64,000 nt of DNA. It comes from Minisyncoccota bacterium (GTDB taxonomy: Bacteria; Patescibacteriota; Minisyncoccia; Phycocordibacterales; DAORIS01). A program made the translations under genes and the position numbers. The notes beneath the pieces were generated by a model that was not told where the DNA came from, ran no database searches, and saw only the letters and a program-made list of their open reading frames with translations. Positions 50,719-60,308 of this stretch are shown here, piece by piece. The stretch spans positions 34,832 to 98,831 of the forward strand of contig DAORIS010000002.1 of NCBI GenBank assembly GCA_035438625.1, given 5' to 3'. Positions within the stretch are counted from its first letter, which is position 1. Each line of letters opens with the position of its first letter.

Positions 50719-51669
50719 ATGAAAATAATTGCAGTTACACCAGCACGAAACGAAGCTAGGCTCTTACCTTCATTTCTTACATTCTTGTCCTCTTTTGCTG
50801 ACTATATAATTATTGCCGATCAAGAATCGACAGATGGAAGCACTGAAATATACAAGCAGTTCCCAAAAGTATCAGTCATACAAAACCATCGCCCGTCACA
50901 CTCAAATGAAGTGAGGTGGGATCTGCTTACCAAAGCTCGAGAAATTGAAGGAGAAAACATTATTGTTTGCCTTGATGTCGACGAACGGATTCCGGCACAT
51001 TCTGTTCCATTAATTATTGATCACCTTAAACAGAAGGGGTCAGGCTTTAACGTTTCACTTCCCTGGATACAGTTATGGAAAAAACCAGAGGTGTACCGAA
51101 CTGACTGGCCGTGGGGAAATAACTACAAAGCGTGCATATTTTATGATGACCGAATCATGTCGTATGAACAATCTGTTGTGATCAATGATCACACCAATCG
51201 CATCCCAACCATTACTGCTGAAAAAAATACCATACTACCCTCACCACTTCTTCATCTTCAATACCTTTATTGGAACGAAGTGCAGCTTAAACAAGCGTGG
51301 TACAGGTGCAAGGAATACATTGCTGATCCCACAAAAATAAAGGCTATTAATTTAAAGTATGAATCCTCTCTAGACACTTCCCGAACAAAATTATCAGCAA
51401 CACCCCCCGAGTGGATTGATGAGAAGTCTTTCATTCCCACAAACATTGTAGAGACCACAAATCCGTGGCACCTACAAGAACTGCACGAAATGTTTAAGAC
51501 ACATTCCATTGCATACTTTGAGCCAATAGATATGTGGCACATTCAGACACTACAACAAGAATTTCAAACACAAGTTGGAAGAAAGCCTCACCCTACAAGA
51601 TATAACTCAATACTCCGTACACTGTATTATATTCTTCAATCCATCCGACAAAACCTTAAACACCAATGA
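50719..51669 (+). CDS. Glycosyltransferase family 2-like
   Basis: PARNE, DQESTDGS, LDVDE. Confidence 0.8.
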   Translation: MKIIAVTPARNEARLLPSFLTFLSSFADYIIIADQESTDGSTEIYKQFPKVSVIQNHRPSHSNEVRWDLLTKAREIEGENIIVCLDVDERIPAHSVPLIIDHLKQKGSGFNVSLPWIQLWKKPEVYRTDWPWGNNYKACIFYDDRIMSYEQSVVINDHTNRIPTITAEKNTILPSPLLHLQYLYWNEVQLKQAWYRCKEYIADPTKIKAINLKYESSLDTSRTKLSATPPEWIDEKSFIPTNIVETTNPWHLQELHEMFKTHSIAYFEPIDMWHIQTLQQEFQTQVGRKPHPTRYNSILRTLYYILQSIRQNLKHQ

Positions 51670-52532
51670 ACACCTGCATCATCACATCCGCATCCAATAA
51701 ATTCTTTCCATCGGTTCTGAATTTAATTGGTTCTATAAAAACAAATCACTCTCCAGTGATTCGGATTTTTGTATACGACCTAGGACTATCAAAAATCTTT
51801 AGAAAAGAACTTGAAACGATTGAAGGCGTGACAGTTATTACCCTTCCACCGTTTGTATCGTTCTGGCGTAGCTGCTACACATGGAAGTCCTACATTTTCT
51901 GCAATCCATTTGCAGAATTAAACTTCTATCTTGATGCTGGTACTCAAGTACTCCGCAGTCTCGATGAGATTTTTTCTATAATAAATAAGGATGGGTACAT
52001 TGCTGTCTCACAAGGTGTGTCGAATAAGGAGATCATCCCCGTCGATTACATTGAGACATTCAAGGCAGATCCTGCGATTTTAAATGAATCCTCTGTTACT
52101 GCTGGAGTGTTTGGATTTAAAAAAGACGGCTCTGTTTCGAACCAATTATCCTCAATGCACGAAGCATCAAAACAAGGATATTGCCTTGGTTTTTCAAAAG
52201 GTGACCAATGGAGAAACAAAGGAGTTAACAAAACAGACATTGTTCGATCCTGCGAAAAATTTAGACACGACACCACCCTGCTTAATATCTTCCTCAGAAA
52301 AGACAATCCAAATTTCTACGCACATGACGGTACTAAATATGCAGGCTGGAACACTCCACAGGACCATCCAAATCAACTTATTTGGAACATGCGTATGAAT
52401 TACACCCATTTACAGTATCTCCCTATTCGATACACACATAAAAAATTTTCACTCCTTGCAATTGTAAACCGAACCATCATTTATGTGTTTATATTGCTTA
52501 AACGTATGCGGTTAGTGATTAAAGGAAAATAA
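51666..52532 (+). CDS. GT-A-fold putative glycosyltransferase (DUF1647-like)
   Basis: ITSASNKFF, VYDLGL, YTWK, YLDAG, RHD. Confidence 0.6.
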   Translation: MNTCIITSASNKFFPSVLNLIGSIKTNHSPVIRIFVYDLGLSKIFRKELETIEGVTVITLPPFVSFWRSCYTWKSYIFCNPFAELNFYLDAGTQVLRSLDEIFSIINKDGYIAVSQGVSNKEIIPVDYIETFKADPAILNESSVTAGVFGFKKDGSVSNQLSSMHEASKQGYCLGFSKGDQWRNKGVNKTDIVRSCEKFRHDTTLLNIFLRKDNPNFYAHDGTKYAGWNTPQDHPNQLIWNMRMNYTHLQYLPIRYTHKKFSLLAIVNRTIIYVFILLKRMRLVIKGK

Positions 52533-53356
52533 TGAACCACGATTTACTATCAACACTTAGCATCCCTCAAATGGATCAGTTCCACGAGTATCCTGATCCA
52601 TGCGTAAACAATCGATATTACCACCATCGTAAAGCACAAATTGTTTCTACGTTCATACAAAAGTATGCAAACCCATCTCACACACTACTTGATGCAGGGG
52701 CAGGTCGCGGTCCATACAGCGCGTTTGCTGCACCACTCTACAAATCAGTGTATATGTTTGAGTTCGATGCCTCTGAGCTTGAACACGCAAAAAAACATAC
52801 AAAAAATATTTCAAATATTCATGGAGAAGCTGTTGACCTTAGGCAAATTCCTCTCGGTGACGCAATGGTTGATGTCTGTATCTGCTCAGAAGTGTTAGAA
52901 CACATTCCCAACCACGAAAAAGCAGTTTCTGAGCTTTTCAGAACACTTACACCAAACGGTGTCGCACTAGTCTCTATTCCTAATGCTTTTAGTCTGTTTT
53001 ACATAAAAGTACGTTTCGGAAAAAGACACAGAGAATTACTCACTCGACTTGCACAGAGAGACACAAATGTTTTTAGTACACCTGAAGAATCCGGACTATC
53101 GTACCTCGAGTGGGAAATGATCCGTCATATTTCTTTCCCTTTTTGGAAAACCAAAGCTTTATTAAAGAAAGCTGGTTTTACCATCATCGCATCCCAAGGA
53201 GCAAATATAGTACCCATGCCATATAGAGTTCGATCGTTTCTCTTAAAAAAATTCCCGATTGGGTTCAAGGTGTGGATAGGGATCGATAGTGCACTAGGAA
53301 AGATATTTCCTTTCTTGGGTTCCTTTTACTTCCTTACACTTAAAAAACTTCCTTAG
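52532..53356 (+). CDS. Class I SAM-dependent methyltransferase
   Basis: LDAGAGRG, CSEVLEHI. Confidence 0.88.
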   Translation: MNHDLLSTLSIPQMDQFHEYPDPCVNNRYYHHRKAQIVSTFIQKYANPSHTLLDAGAGRGPYSAFAAPLYKSVYMFEFDASELEHAKKHTKNISNIHGEAVDLRQIPLGDAMVDVCICSEVLEHIPNHEKAVSELFRTLTPNGVALVSIPNAFSLFYIKVRFGKRHRELLTRLAQRDTNVFSTPEESGLSYLEWEMIRHISFPFWKTKALLKKAGFTIIASQGANIVPMPYRVRSFLLKKFPIGFKVWIGIDSALGKIFPFLGSFYFLTLKKLP

Positions 53357-53747
53357 CTTTAAACACTACGATTTTTGCACCGATAAAGTTAGTGATTGTA
53401 GATACTCCAATTGCGCACACATTTGCCAACAGCACATTCATAGTAAAAACCTCTACCAGTAGACGAAGTGTAAGTAGACTCAACACAAGCGAGAATAGAC
53501 AGACTGCTGCATACAACATAAATTCTTTTCTTTTTCGATATCCACCTGACTCAAAAGACACCCTTCGGTTCAATTCATAGCTAATGAAGATGCCGACAAT
53601 GAATCCGATTGCACTCGAGAGAAGGTACTGAACGTTTGCAGTACGTAATAGAACGAAAAATATAGAATAGTTACAGATAGTGCTAATGACCCCGACAACA
53701 GCAAAATTTCGAAATTGTATTGCTGTTTTTCGATTAAATACATCCAT
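53340..53747 (-). CDS. GtrA-family lipid-linked sugar translocase
   Basis: Four-TM small protein, FAVVG, NRRVSF, TNF. Confidence 0.85.
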   Translation of the reverse strand: MDVFNRKTAIQFRNFAVVGVISTICNYSIFFVLLRTANVQYLLSSAIGFIVGIFISYELNRRVSFESGGYRKRKEFMLYAAVCLFSLVLSLLTLRLLVEVFTMNVLLANVCAIGVSTITNFIGAKIVVFKAKEVF

Positions 53748-53822
53748 AGAGGTCTACGTGGCTGAAAGTATACCATTTGCATAAATATGCTACGATACCG
53801 TCTACAAACAACGGGACACTAT

Positions 53823-54419
53823 ATGCAGGTCATTATCCATCGTGTAAATAAGATCGAACAACTTGCCAAGATTCCAACACACTATGGAGTCGAAATTGAC
53901 ATCAGAGGGTTTGGAGACAAACTAGTACTCACACACGAACCTTTTGAAGACGGAGATGAGCTTGAGGAATATCTAAAGGGATATAAACACGCATTTGTAA
54001 TTTTCAATATCAAAGAAGCTGGAATTGAAAAGCGTGTTATTGATCTCGCAAAGAAATATAAAATCAAAAACTACTTCCTTCTCGATGTAGAGCCGTACTG
54101 GATCCATCACGCAACAACTGATGGATTTAAAAATATCGCTATTCGATACTCAGAGAACGAACCAATTGAAATGGCACTTAAGTACAAGAAAAAAGCTGAT
54201 TGGTTATGGATCGATATTCCAACAAAACTTCCCCTCTCACCTAAGATTGTTAAGCAAATGAAAGGATATAAAACATGCCTTGTGTGTCCTGAGCGTTGGG
54301 GCCGCCCTCAAGAGATTTCTAAGTACATCAAGAAAATTAAGTCATTGAAATTTAAGCTTGATGCAGTGATGACATCTCTAAAATACGCTGATGCATGGGA
54401 AACATTGAACAAGAAATAA
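53823..54419 (+). CDS. GDPD/PI-PLC-like phosphodiesterase-fold protein
   Basis: IIHRVN, GVEIDIR, HEPF, NIKEAG, CLVCPE. Confidence 0.6.
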   Translation: MQVIIHRVNKIEQLAKIPTHYGVEIDIRGFGDKLVLTHEPFEDGDELEEYLKGYKHAFVIFNIKEAGIEKRVIDLAKKYKIKNYFLLDVEPYWIHHATTDGFKNIAIRYSENEPIEMALKYKKKADWLWIDIPTKLPLSPKIVKQMKGYKTCLVCPERWGRPQEISKYIKKIKSLKFKLDAVMTSLKYADAWETLNKK

Positions 54420-54420
54420 T

Positions 54421-55179
54421 ATGCAAGTAATTATTCCAATGGCAGGATTAGGCCAACGATTCCAATTTGCAGGATATAAGGATCCTAAGCCACTTATCGA
54501 TATCGACGGAAAACCAGTTATCGAACACATTGTAAACATGTTTCCTGATGTAGAAAAGTTAATATTTATCGCAAATGAAAACCACCTCGCAAATACAAAC
54601 ATGCGAGATGTACTACAAAGAGTTGCTCCTCACGGTAAAGTAGTTGCTATTCCTGAACACAGACTTGGTCCGGTATACACGGTTCTCCAAGCAGTCGAGC
54701 ACATTGACGACAACCTTCCTGTCGTCACGTGTTACTGTGACATACACACACCGTGGAACTTTAAAGAATTTGTACAACATATGCAGGATACTAACGCCGA
54801 AGCTGGTGTCGTTGCTTTTAAAGGTTTTCATCCACCACTTCTACAAGAAGGCCTCTACGCCACAGCTCGCACAGACGAAAATGATGACGAAGTACTAGAA
54901 GTACGTGAAAAATTTTCTTTCACACCAAATAAAATGGACTCATGGACTTCCGCTGGTGTACACTACTTCAAAAGCGGAGCTTTGGTTAAAAAATACTTTA
55001 AAAAATTAATTGACCTTGATATCCGATGTAACGATGAGTTTTATATCAGTATGATCCACAACCTCCTTATAGAAGACAAGCTCAAAAACGTATTGCACCC
55101 AATAGACTTTTTCATCTCATGGGGTAAACCAGAGGATGTGAGAGAATATCAATATTGGTCAAAACACTTCAATAAGTAA
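54421..55179 (+). CDS. Sugar-phosphate nucleotidyltransferase (GlmU/LicC-like)
   Basis: IPMAGLGQRF, PKPLI, CD, SWGKPED. Confidence 0.85.
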   Translation: MQVIIPMAGLGQRFQFAGYKDPKPLIDIDGKPVIEHIVNMFPDVEKLIFIANENHLANTNMRDVLQRVAPHGKVVAIPEHRLGPVYTVLQAVEHIDDNLPVVTCYCDIHTPWNFKEFVQHMQDTNAEAGVVAFKGFHPPLLQEGLYATARTDENDDEVLEVREKFSFTPNKMDSWTSAGVHYFKSGALVKKYFKKLIDLDIRCNDEFYISMIHNLLIEDKLKNVLHPIDFFISWGKPEDVREYQYWSKHFNK

Positions 55180-55180
55180 C

Positions 55181-55948
55181 ATGCGGACAAATTTAATGCT
55201 ACTGGCTGGAAGAGGGAAAAGATTTGCAGACGCAGGTTATAGTATTCCCAAACCCCTAATTCCTGTAAACGGCCTTCCTATGGTCATTTCTGCTGTTCAC
55301 AGCATGCCAAAGGCGGATAAGTTAATCTTTGTTGTTTCAGGTGATTATGTTAATAACCACGACATAACAAACCTCCTACTTTCATATTTCCCCGAGGCAC
55401 AAATTATTGTCCAAACAAGTCCGCTACAAGGACAAGCCCATAGTGCACTTGAGGCTGTTGATGCCATCGATCCAGAATCAGTGCTTACAATTGCAAGTTG
55501 TGACGCAGGTCCAACATACGATATGAATAAGTTTGAAAGCGACCTGCTTTCTGAAGATCAAGATGCACTTATATGGTCATTTAGACACTATCCTCCAATG
55601 CAGACACAACCAAGTGCCTATGGATGGATTGATGCAGACGAGCAAGGTCTAGTAAAAAAGGTACAGTACAAAGTTCCACTTTCTGACCACCCCCTTGAAG
55701 ACCATGCTGTTGTTGGGTGGTTTAGCTACAGAAAAGCAAAGACCTGTTTTGACAATGTAAAGGAAATGATTGAAAAGAACCTAAAGAGCGGCGTTGAATT
55801 TTCACTTGATGAATGCACCAACGTATTGGTAAAAAACAATCACAAAGTTAAGGTTTTTGAAATCGACACATTCCTTTCATGGGGAACCCCTATTGAATTA
55901 AAGACATATGAATACTGGCAGCGATACTTCGAAACAAAGAAAAAATAG
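55181..55948 (+). CDS. Second nucleotidyltransferase-family protein
   Basis: LAGRGKRF, PKPLI, SCD, SWGTP. Tandem paralog of the previous gene. Confidence 0.82.
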   Translation: MRTNLMLLAGRGKRFADAGYSIPKPLIPVNGLPMVISAVHSMPKADKLIFVVSGDYVNNHDITNLLLSYFPEAQIIVQTSPLQGQAHSALEAVDAIDPESVLTIASCDAGPTYDMNKFESDLLSEDQDALIWSFRHYPPMQTQPSAYGWIDADEQGLVKKVQYKVPLSDHPLEDHAVVGWFSYRKAKTCFDNVKEMIEKNLKSGVEFSLDECTNVLVKNNHKVKVFEIDTFLSWGTPIELKTYEYWQRYFETKKK

Positions 55949-57668
55949 AGTCAGCGTACTTGTTTTACTTTTCATCACCGTCCTAGCAGCAAGCTGGGTA
56001 TGGCATATCACTTCTAGAAATTATCACTTCCAAGAAGTGGACTCTTCAGGGACCTATAACATCCTATACGAATTTCCTGGGTCAACATTACGCTTTATTG
56101 CACTTCTCTATCCTCACGGTAGTTTTATTTCAACAAGTACAGCTGAAAAAATTCTTTCGCACGATTCAATTCGTTCGATTAAAAACACATACCTTTCATC
56201 TTTTAGTGATGAATTTCTCATTAATCAACTAACACAAGCATCACTACTAAGTACATTTAGGTACGGTCTAACACAAGCAATTTCTTCCGCTCCTTTGCCT
56301 TTTGCAGTACAGAGTTTTTTCTCAATGGGAATTGGATCAACATACTCACCAGGTGCTGGTTTTGTGTATGGATTGGTTTCCGGACCAAACGCAGATTATT
56401 TGACGTTTATGTCTCGATCAATGGTCGTATCCATTACACTATTTCATGTATCTGTTTTACTACTATTTCTCATTAACAGAAAACTTGGAGTTTCAGATGG
56501 TGTAAATTCGCTTGTATGTTTTCTCATGTTGTTCTCGATAAGTATCTACTCGTCTGGAATTCATGTTGGTAGTACTGTGTGGAATTTCACAACAGAATTC
56601 TTGTGGTTATACTTTCTAGTCACCTATTACAAACACCCTGAGATACACCGACATATTGCTTGGTTAACAGGAGTATTGATCTTTTTCAATTACCTCATTT
56701 TACTGTTTTGGCTTGCCTTCATGTTCATTCGATTATTTGAATGGTGGAAACAGACACAGTCTCGTTCACTTAAAAAGTTTGGTGTATGGTTTTGGGGAAC
56801 AATAAAATCACAACTTCCAGCAATTATATTAATTGGTACAGCTACAATTCTTTTCTTCCTTCCAGGTCAAGGTTTTAGAGGATCTGCAACATTTGCAACG
56901 CTTCCTTCTGATGTCTATTACACCGTACTTAACTTCTTTAGTTGGTACACACACTCAGCACCATTCAATCTTTTACAGTACAGCATGGGTGTATTACTAC
57001 TCGCCTCATCACTATTGTTTTTCATTCCCAAACAAACAGAAGGGTCCGTTCATTCATTAGTTAAACAAATCTGTCTTCTCGTACTTGCTCTATATATAGT
57101 ATTAGCAATCCTCCACACCCTAAGTTTTGCTCCAACACGCCATATCCTTTTCCTTATACCAATACTATTTATCTCCATTGCACAGGGATTATCTATCCTC
57201 TCGAAAAAAACTGGGATTCATATACCTACATACGTATCAGTTTCAGCGCTTACCATCCTCTCTGTACTTGGTATGTATTGTGTATTCCTGCGTGGGTTTG
57301 ATACTGCCGACCGAACGGTGTTTCTAAACACCACTGATCCTGAAGTGTCTACAATTGGAATACACGATGGCTCGTATGATATTTATTACAAGTATGCAGA
57401 GAACAAGACTCCGGTGACGTTCATGCATCCTAAAATATTTGAAGCAGGTAAGACGTATTTGTATGTCAGCCCTTCTGTCGCATTTGAAACTCAGATGCGG
57501 GAATGGAGAAAAGAGCACGATATGGAAATAGAAATCTTGTATGATGCAAGGGAGATAACGGACGCATATTTCATCGCTCACAATCCAAATTTTGAGCGAT
57601 TCCGTTACAGTCGCCCCAACAACCTATACCAAACAAAATTTACCGTTCGATCAGTATCAAAAAAATAA
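55908..57668 (+). CDS. Multi-pass membrane protein, probable GT-C glycosyltransferase
   Basis: First TM followed by acidic FQEVD loop, about 10 TM segments, soluble C-terminus; GtrA/GT2 context. Confidence 0.5.
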   Translation: MNTGSDTSKQRKNRVSVLVLLFITVLAASWVWHITSRNYHFQEVDSSGTYNILYEFPGSTLRFIALLYPHGSFISTSTAEKILSHDSIRSIKNTYLSSFSDEFLINQLTQASLLSTFRYGLTQAISSAPLPFAVQSFFSMGIGSTYSPGAGFVYGLVSGPNADYLTFMSRSMVVSITLFHVSVLLLFLINRKLGVSDGVNSLVCFLMLFSISIYSSGIHVGSTVWNFTTEFLWLYFLVTYYKHPEIHRHIAWLTGVLIFFNYLILLFWLAFMFIRLFEWWKQTQSRSLKKFGVWFWGTIKSQLPAIILIGTATILFFLPGQGFRGSATFATLPSDVYYTVLNFFSWYTHSAPFNLLQYSMGVLLLASSLLFFIPKQTEGSVHSLVKQICLLVLALYIVLAILHTLSFAPTRHILFLIPILFISIAQGLSILSKKTGIHIPTYVSVSALTILSVLGMYCVFLRGFDTADRTVFLNTTDPEVSTIGIHDGSYDIYYKYAENKTPVTFMHPKIFEAGKTYLYVSPSVAFETQMREWRKEHDMEIEILYDAREITDAYFIAHNPNFERFRYSRPNNLYQTKFTVRSVSKK

Positions 57669-57669
57669 C

Positions 57670-58371
57670 ATGAAACTTTCAATCGTAGTTCCCTTCTATA
57701 ACGAAGAAAAAAATATTCCATTAGTATTACAAGTATTTCAAAAGTTCGCTTCTTCATACGACTTTGAACTGATTTGTATTAACGATGGATCAAAGGACAA
57801 TACCGCTGAAGTGTTTACACAATTTGCAGGAAATAACTCATACCCGTTTGCAAAATTTATTTCATACTCTCCTAATGGCGGATACGGCAACGCCATAATG
57901 ACCGGGGTCCGAGCTGCGACGGGAGACATTGTTGGATGGACCCACAGTGATATGCAGACTGATCCAAAAGATGTATTCACTGCATTTGACGTGTTAAAAA
58001 ACGAGACCAATAAAAGGACACTCGTCAAAGGAGCACGTATCAATCGCCCACTTCCCCAGGTAGTTCTCAGTTACGGTATGGCAGTTATTGCAAGTGTAAT
58101 CCTCCGAAAGGTACTCGTTGAAATTAATGCACAACCAAAAGTATTTTTCAAAGAATGCATTGAGCTACTTACCAACGCTCCAAAAGATTTTTCTCTAGAT
58201 CTATACTTGCTATACCAAGCAAAAATTCACGGATACACAATCAAGACTATTGATGTTGAGTTCAAAAACCGATTACATGGAGAATCAAGTTGGGGTGGAA
58301 GTTTCCAAAATCGCATCAAGACAATCAAGCGCACATACGCATACATTTGGAAACTAGCAAAAAGTAAATAA
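57670..58371 (+). CDS. Polyprenol-phosphate glycosyltransferase (GT2, DPM1/GtrB-like)
   Basis: SIVVPFYNEE, NDGSKD, GYGNAI, HSDMQTDP, RLHGESSW. Confidence 0.88.
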   Translation: MKLSIVVPFYNEEKNIPLVLQVFQKFASSYDFELICINDGSKDNTAEVFTQFAGNNSYPFAKFISYSPNGGYGNAIMTGVRAATGDIVGWTHSDMQTDPKDVFTAFDVLKNETNKRTLVKGARINRPLPQVVLSYGMAVIASVILRKVLVEINAQPKVFFKECIELLTNAPKDFSLDLYLLYQAKIHGYTIKTIDVEFKNRLHGESSWGGSFQNRIKTIKRTYAYIWKLAKSK

Positions 58372-58400
58372 AAAAAAGCCGACGTACATTGTACACCGGC
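58370..58400 (-). terminator. Intrinsic terminator for the 2H gene
   Basis: Minus strand gccggtgtac-aat-gtacgtcggc plus T8. Confidence 0.65.
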
Positions 58401-58428
58401 ACACTTCAGAACGAGACCGTTCAATCTT

Positions 58429-59082
58429 CTACATCGTAAACAAATCCATCGCGGGACTGAAACGTGCATGCTCAATTTTGAGTACAATTGGCGATTCACT
58501 GAAAGTAGTATCGCCAATGTGTACTCGATCCCGGTACACATCGAGCTTATTTCCCACTTTCATCATCCGAGAAATCGTACAGTGGAAAATATCTGCGATT
58601 GCTTTTGGTTTGAGACCACATTCTGCAAATTCCTCCCAAAGGATTTCTCGCATGTTACGCACCTCGTCAGGAACATACTCTGCACAAAGTATGATGACAC
58701 TTTTGTCAGCAATCAACCGAGTGAACTCCACCTCAAGACCTTCGAGCGTTGGTAGTGACGGAACGACTTTCTGTTTGAAAGTTTCAAATGCTTCCTTGGG
58801 ACCGGTTGCGTTCATCACAGTCGTATGTAAACGGAAGTCTCTACCAACCATGAACAACTCGGAATTACTCTCTTGCTCAATGTTCTCCACAAGTGGGCGA
58901 AGCATACTGAGACACGTGGATTCTGATTGAGCAGTGTACCGTGCAAAAACACCGCATTGATCTCCAAGAAATTCAGGAGTAAAGCCTTCGAAAGGGGCAA
59001 TATTTCCTCTTGCAATCGCCTCAACACCCTCCGATTGGATCTGCTTGATACGAGCAACGACATTTGCCTGTTTAGCTGCCAC
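58429..59082 (-). CDS. 2H phosphoesterase superfamily protein
   Basis: Two HxT motifs (LHTTV, FHCTI) about 80 aa apart. SD gaggag before the GTG. Confidence 0.65.
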   Translation of the reverse strand: MAAKQANVVARIKQIQSEGVEAIARGNIAPFEGFTPEFLGDQCGVFARYTAQSESTCLSMLRPLVENIEQESNSELFMVGRDFRLHTTVMNATGPKEAFETFKQKVVPSLPTLEGLEVEFTRLIADKSVIILCAEYVPDEVRNMREILWEEFAECGLKPKAIADIFHCTISRMMKVGNKLDVYRDRVHIGDTTFSESPIVLKIEHARFSPAMDLFTM

Positions 59083-59203
59083 TTTAAGCTCCTCTGTTGG
59101 AATTTGTGTAGTAAAAGAATTTTGTATATACTATAACATATTTTATAGAAAAATCAATATCTCCCAGCAAATACAAGCAACGTAACAATGCTAAAATCTT
59201 CCT

Positions 59204-60292
59204 ATGAAAAAAGTATTCGTCTCTGGTTGTTACGACATTCTTCACGCTGGCCATATTCAATTTTTTAAAGACGCACGAGCACTCGGTGACCACCTCACTG
59301 TTTCTTTTGCAAGTAAAGACGTACTCGCACTTTCTAAAAAGCGTAAACCTTCACTCCCAGACGACCACAAGATGATTATCATCGGTTCCCTTTCCTGTGT
59401 TGATGAAGTGGTCACTAGTTCAGACCTAGACCCAGTTTTTGATTTCAAAAAGAATATCAAACGAATAAAACCAGAAATTTTGGCAGTTACGGAAGACGAC
59501 AGGAATGCTGAAGTAAAACGCCAATTTTGTGCTGAACAAGGAATTAAGTTCGTTGTCTTACCAAAACGCCGAACCGCAAGCTTGGCATCAACAACATCAA
59601 TCCTTGCTGGCATCCACAATGTGTCAGAACTCCCCCTTCGTGTTGATTTTGCTGGTGGCTGGTTGGATGTTCCAAGATTTTCTAAAAAAGGTACATTCAT
59701 CGTAAATTGCACAATCACTCCTAAGGTATCTCTATCAAATTGGCCATACGAACAAGGTGGTGGACTTGGTGGATCTGCGGCATACGCACTACTACAAGTT
59801 AAGAATGGCGTAGCATCAGAAATTGATTTAGGTGTTGGCTGGCAAGACCCTGCCGTAATCAATGAAACCGGACTCTGTGTATGGCGCTCAGGAAAAGAAC
59901 CTGTCCTCGATGCAAAGTTTCATCCAGACTGGCTAGCAGGAAAAATGTTAATCGTGTGGACAGGTACATCTCATGTAACACCCGGACTGGTTGATAAAAA
60001 ACGAGATTTTAAATTAATTGCAAAAGCAGGAGGTTTGGCAAAGGACGCTGTATACAAGAAAAGTCTCCCGGGGTTAGCAAGAGCAATCAACACAAGCTAC
60101 AAAGTTCAAATTGGTGAAGGAATGGAACCCCTACAAAATATTGTAGGATCAATTGCAAAAAAATATCTTGGTGGAGGCCACGGTGGATACTCTCTCTATT
60201 TATTTGATAGCGAAAAGAAGCGAGAAAAGGCATTCAAAAAGATCGGTGAAGCAGCGAAAAAAATTGAGCCTTATATAAAGCCAATACAGTAA
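59204..60292 (+). CDS. Cytidylyltransferase-like domain fused to GHMP sugar-kinase-like domain
   Basis: GCYDILHAGH and STT, then PLRVDFAGGWLD, GGGLGGS, GWQD, LGGGHGGY. Confidence 0.8.
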   Translation: MKKVFVSGCYDILHAGHIQFFKDARALGDHLTVSFASKDVLALSKKRKPSLPDDHKMIIIGSLSCVDEVVTSSDLDPVFDFKKNIKRIKPEILAVTEDDRNAEVKRQFCAEQGIKFVVLPKRRTASLASTTSILAGIHNVSELPLRVDFAGGWLDVPRFSKKGTFIVNCTITPKVSLSNWPYEQGGGLGGSAAYALLQVKNGVASEIDLGVGWQDPAVINETGLCVWRSGKEPVLDAKFHPDWLAGKMLIVWTGTSHVTPGLVDKKRDFKLIAKAGGLAKDAVYKKSLPGLARAINTSYKVQIGEGMEPLQNIVGSIAKKYLGGGHGGYSLYLFDSEKKREKAFKKIGEAAKKIEPYIKPIQ

Positions 60293-60308
60293 CCTCTACA
60301 GCGAACCT

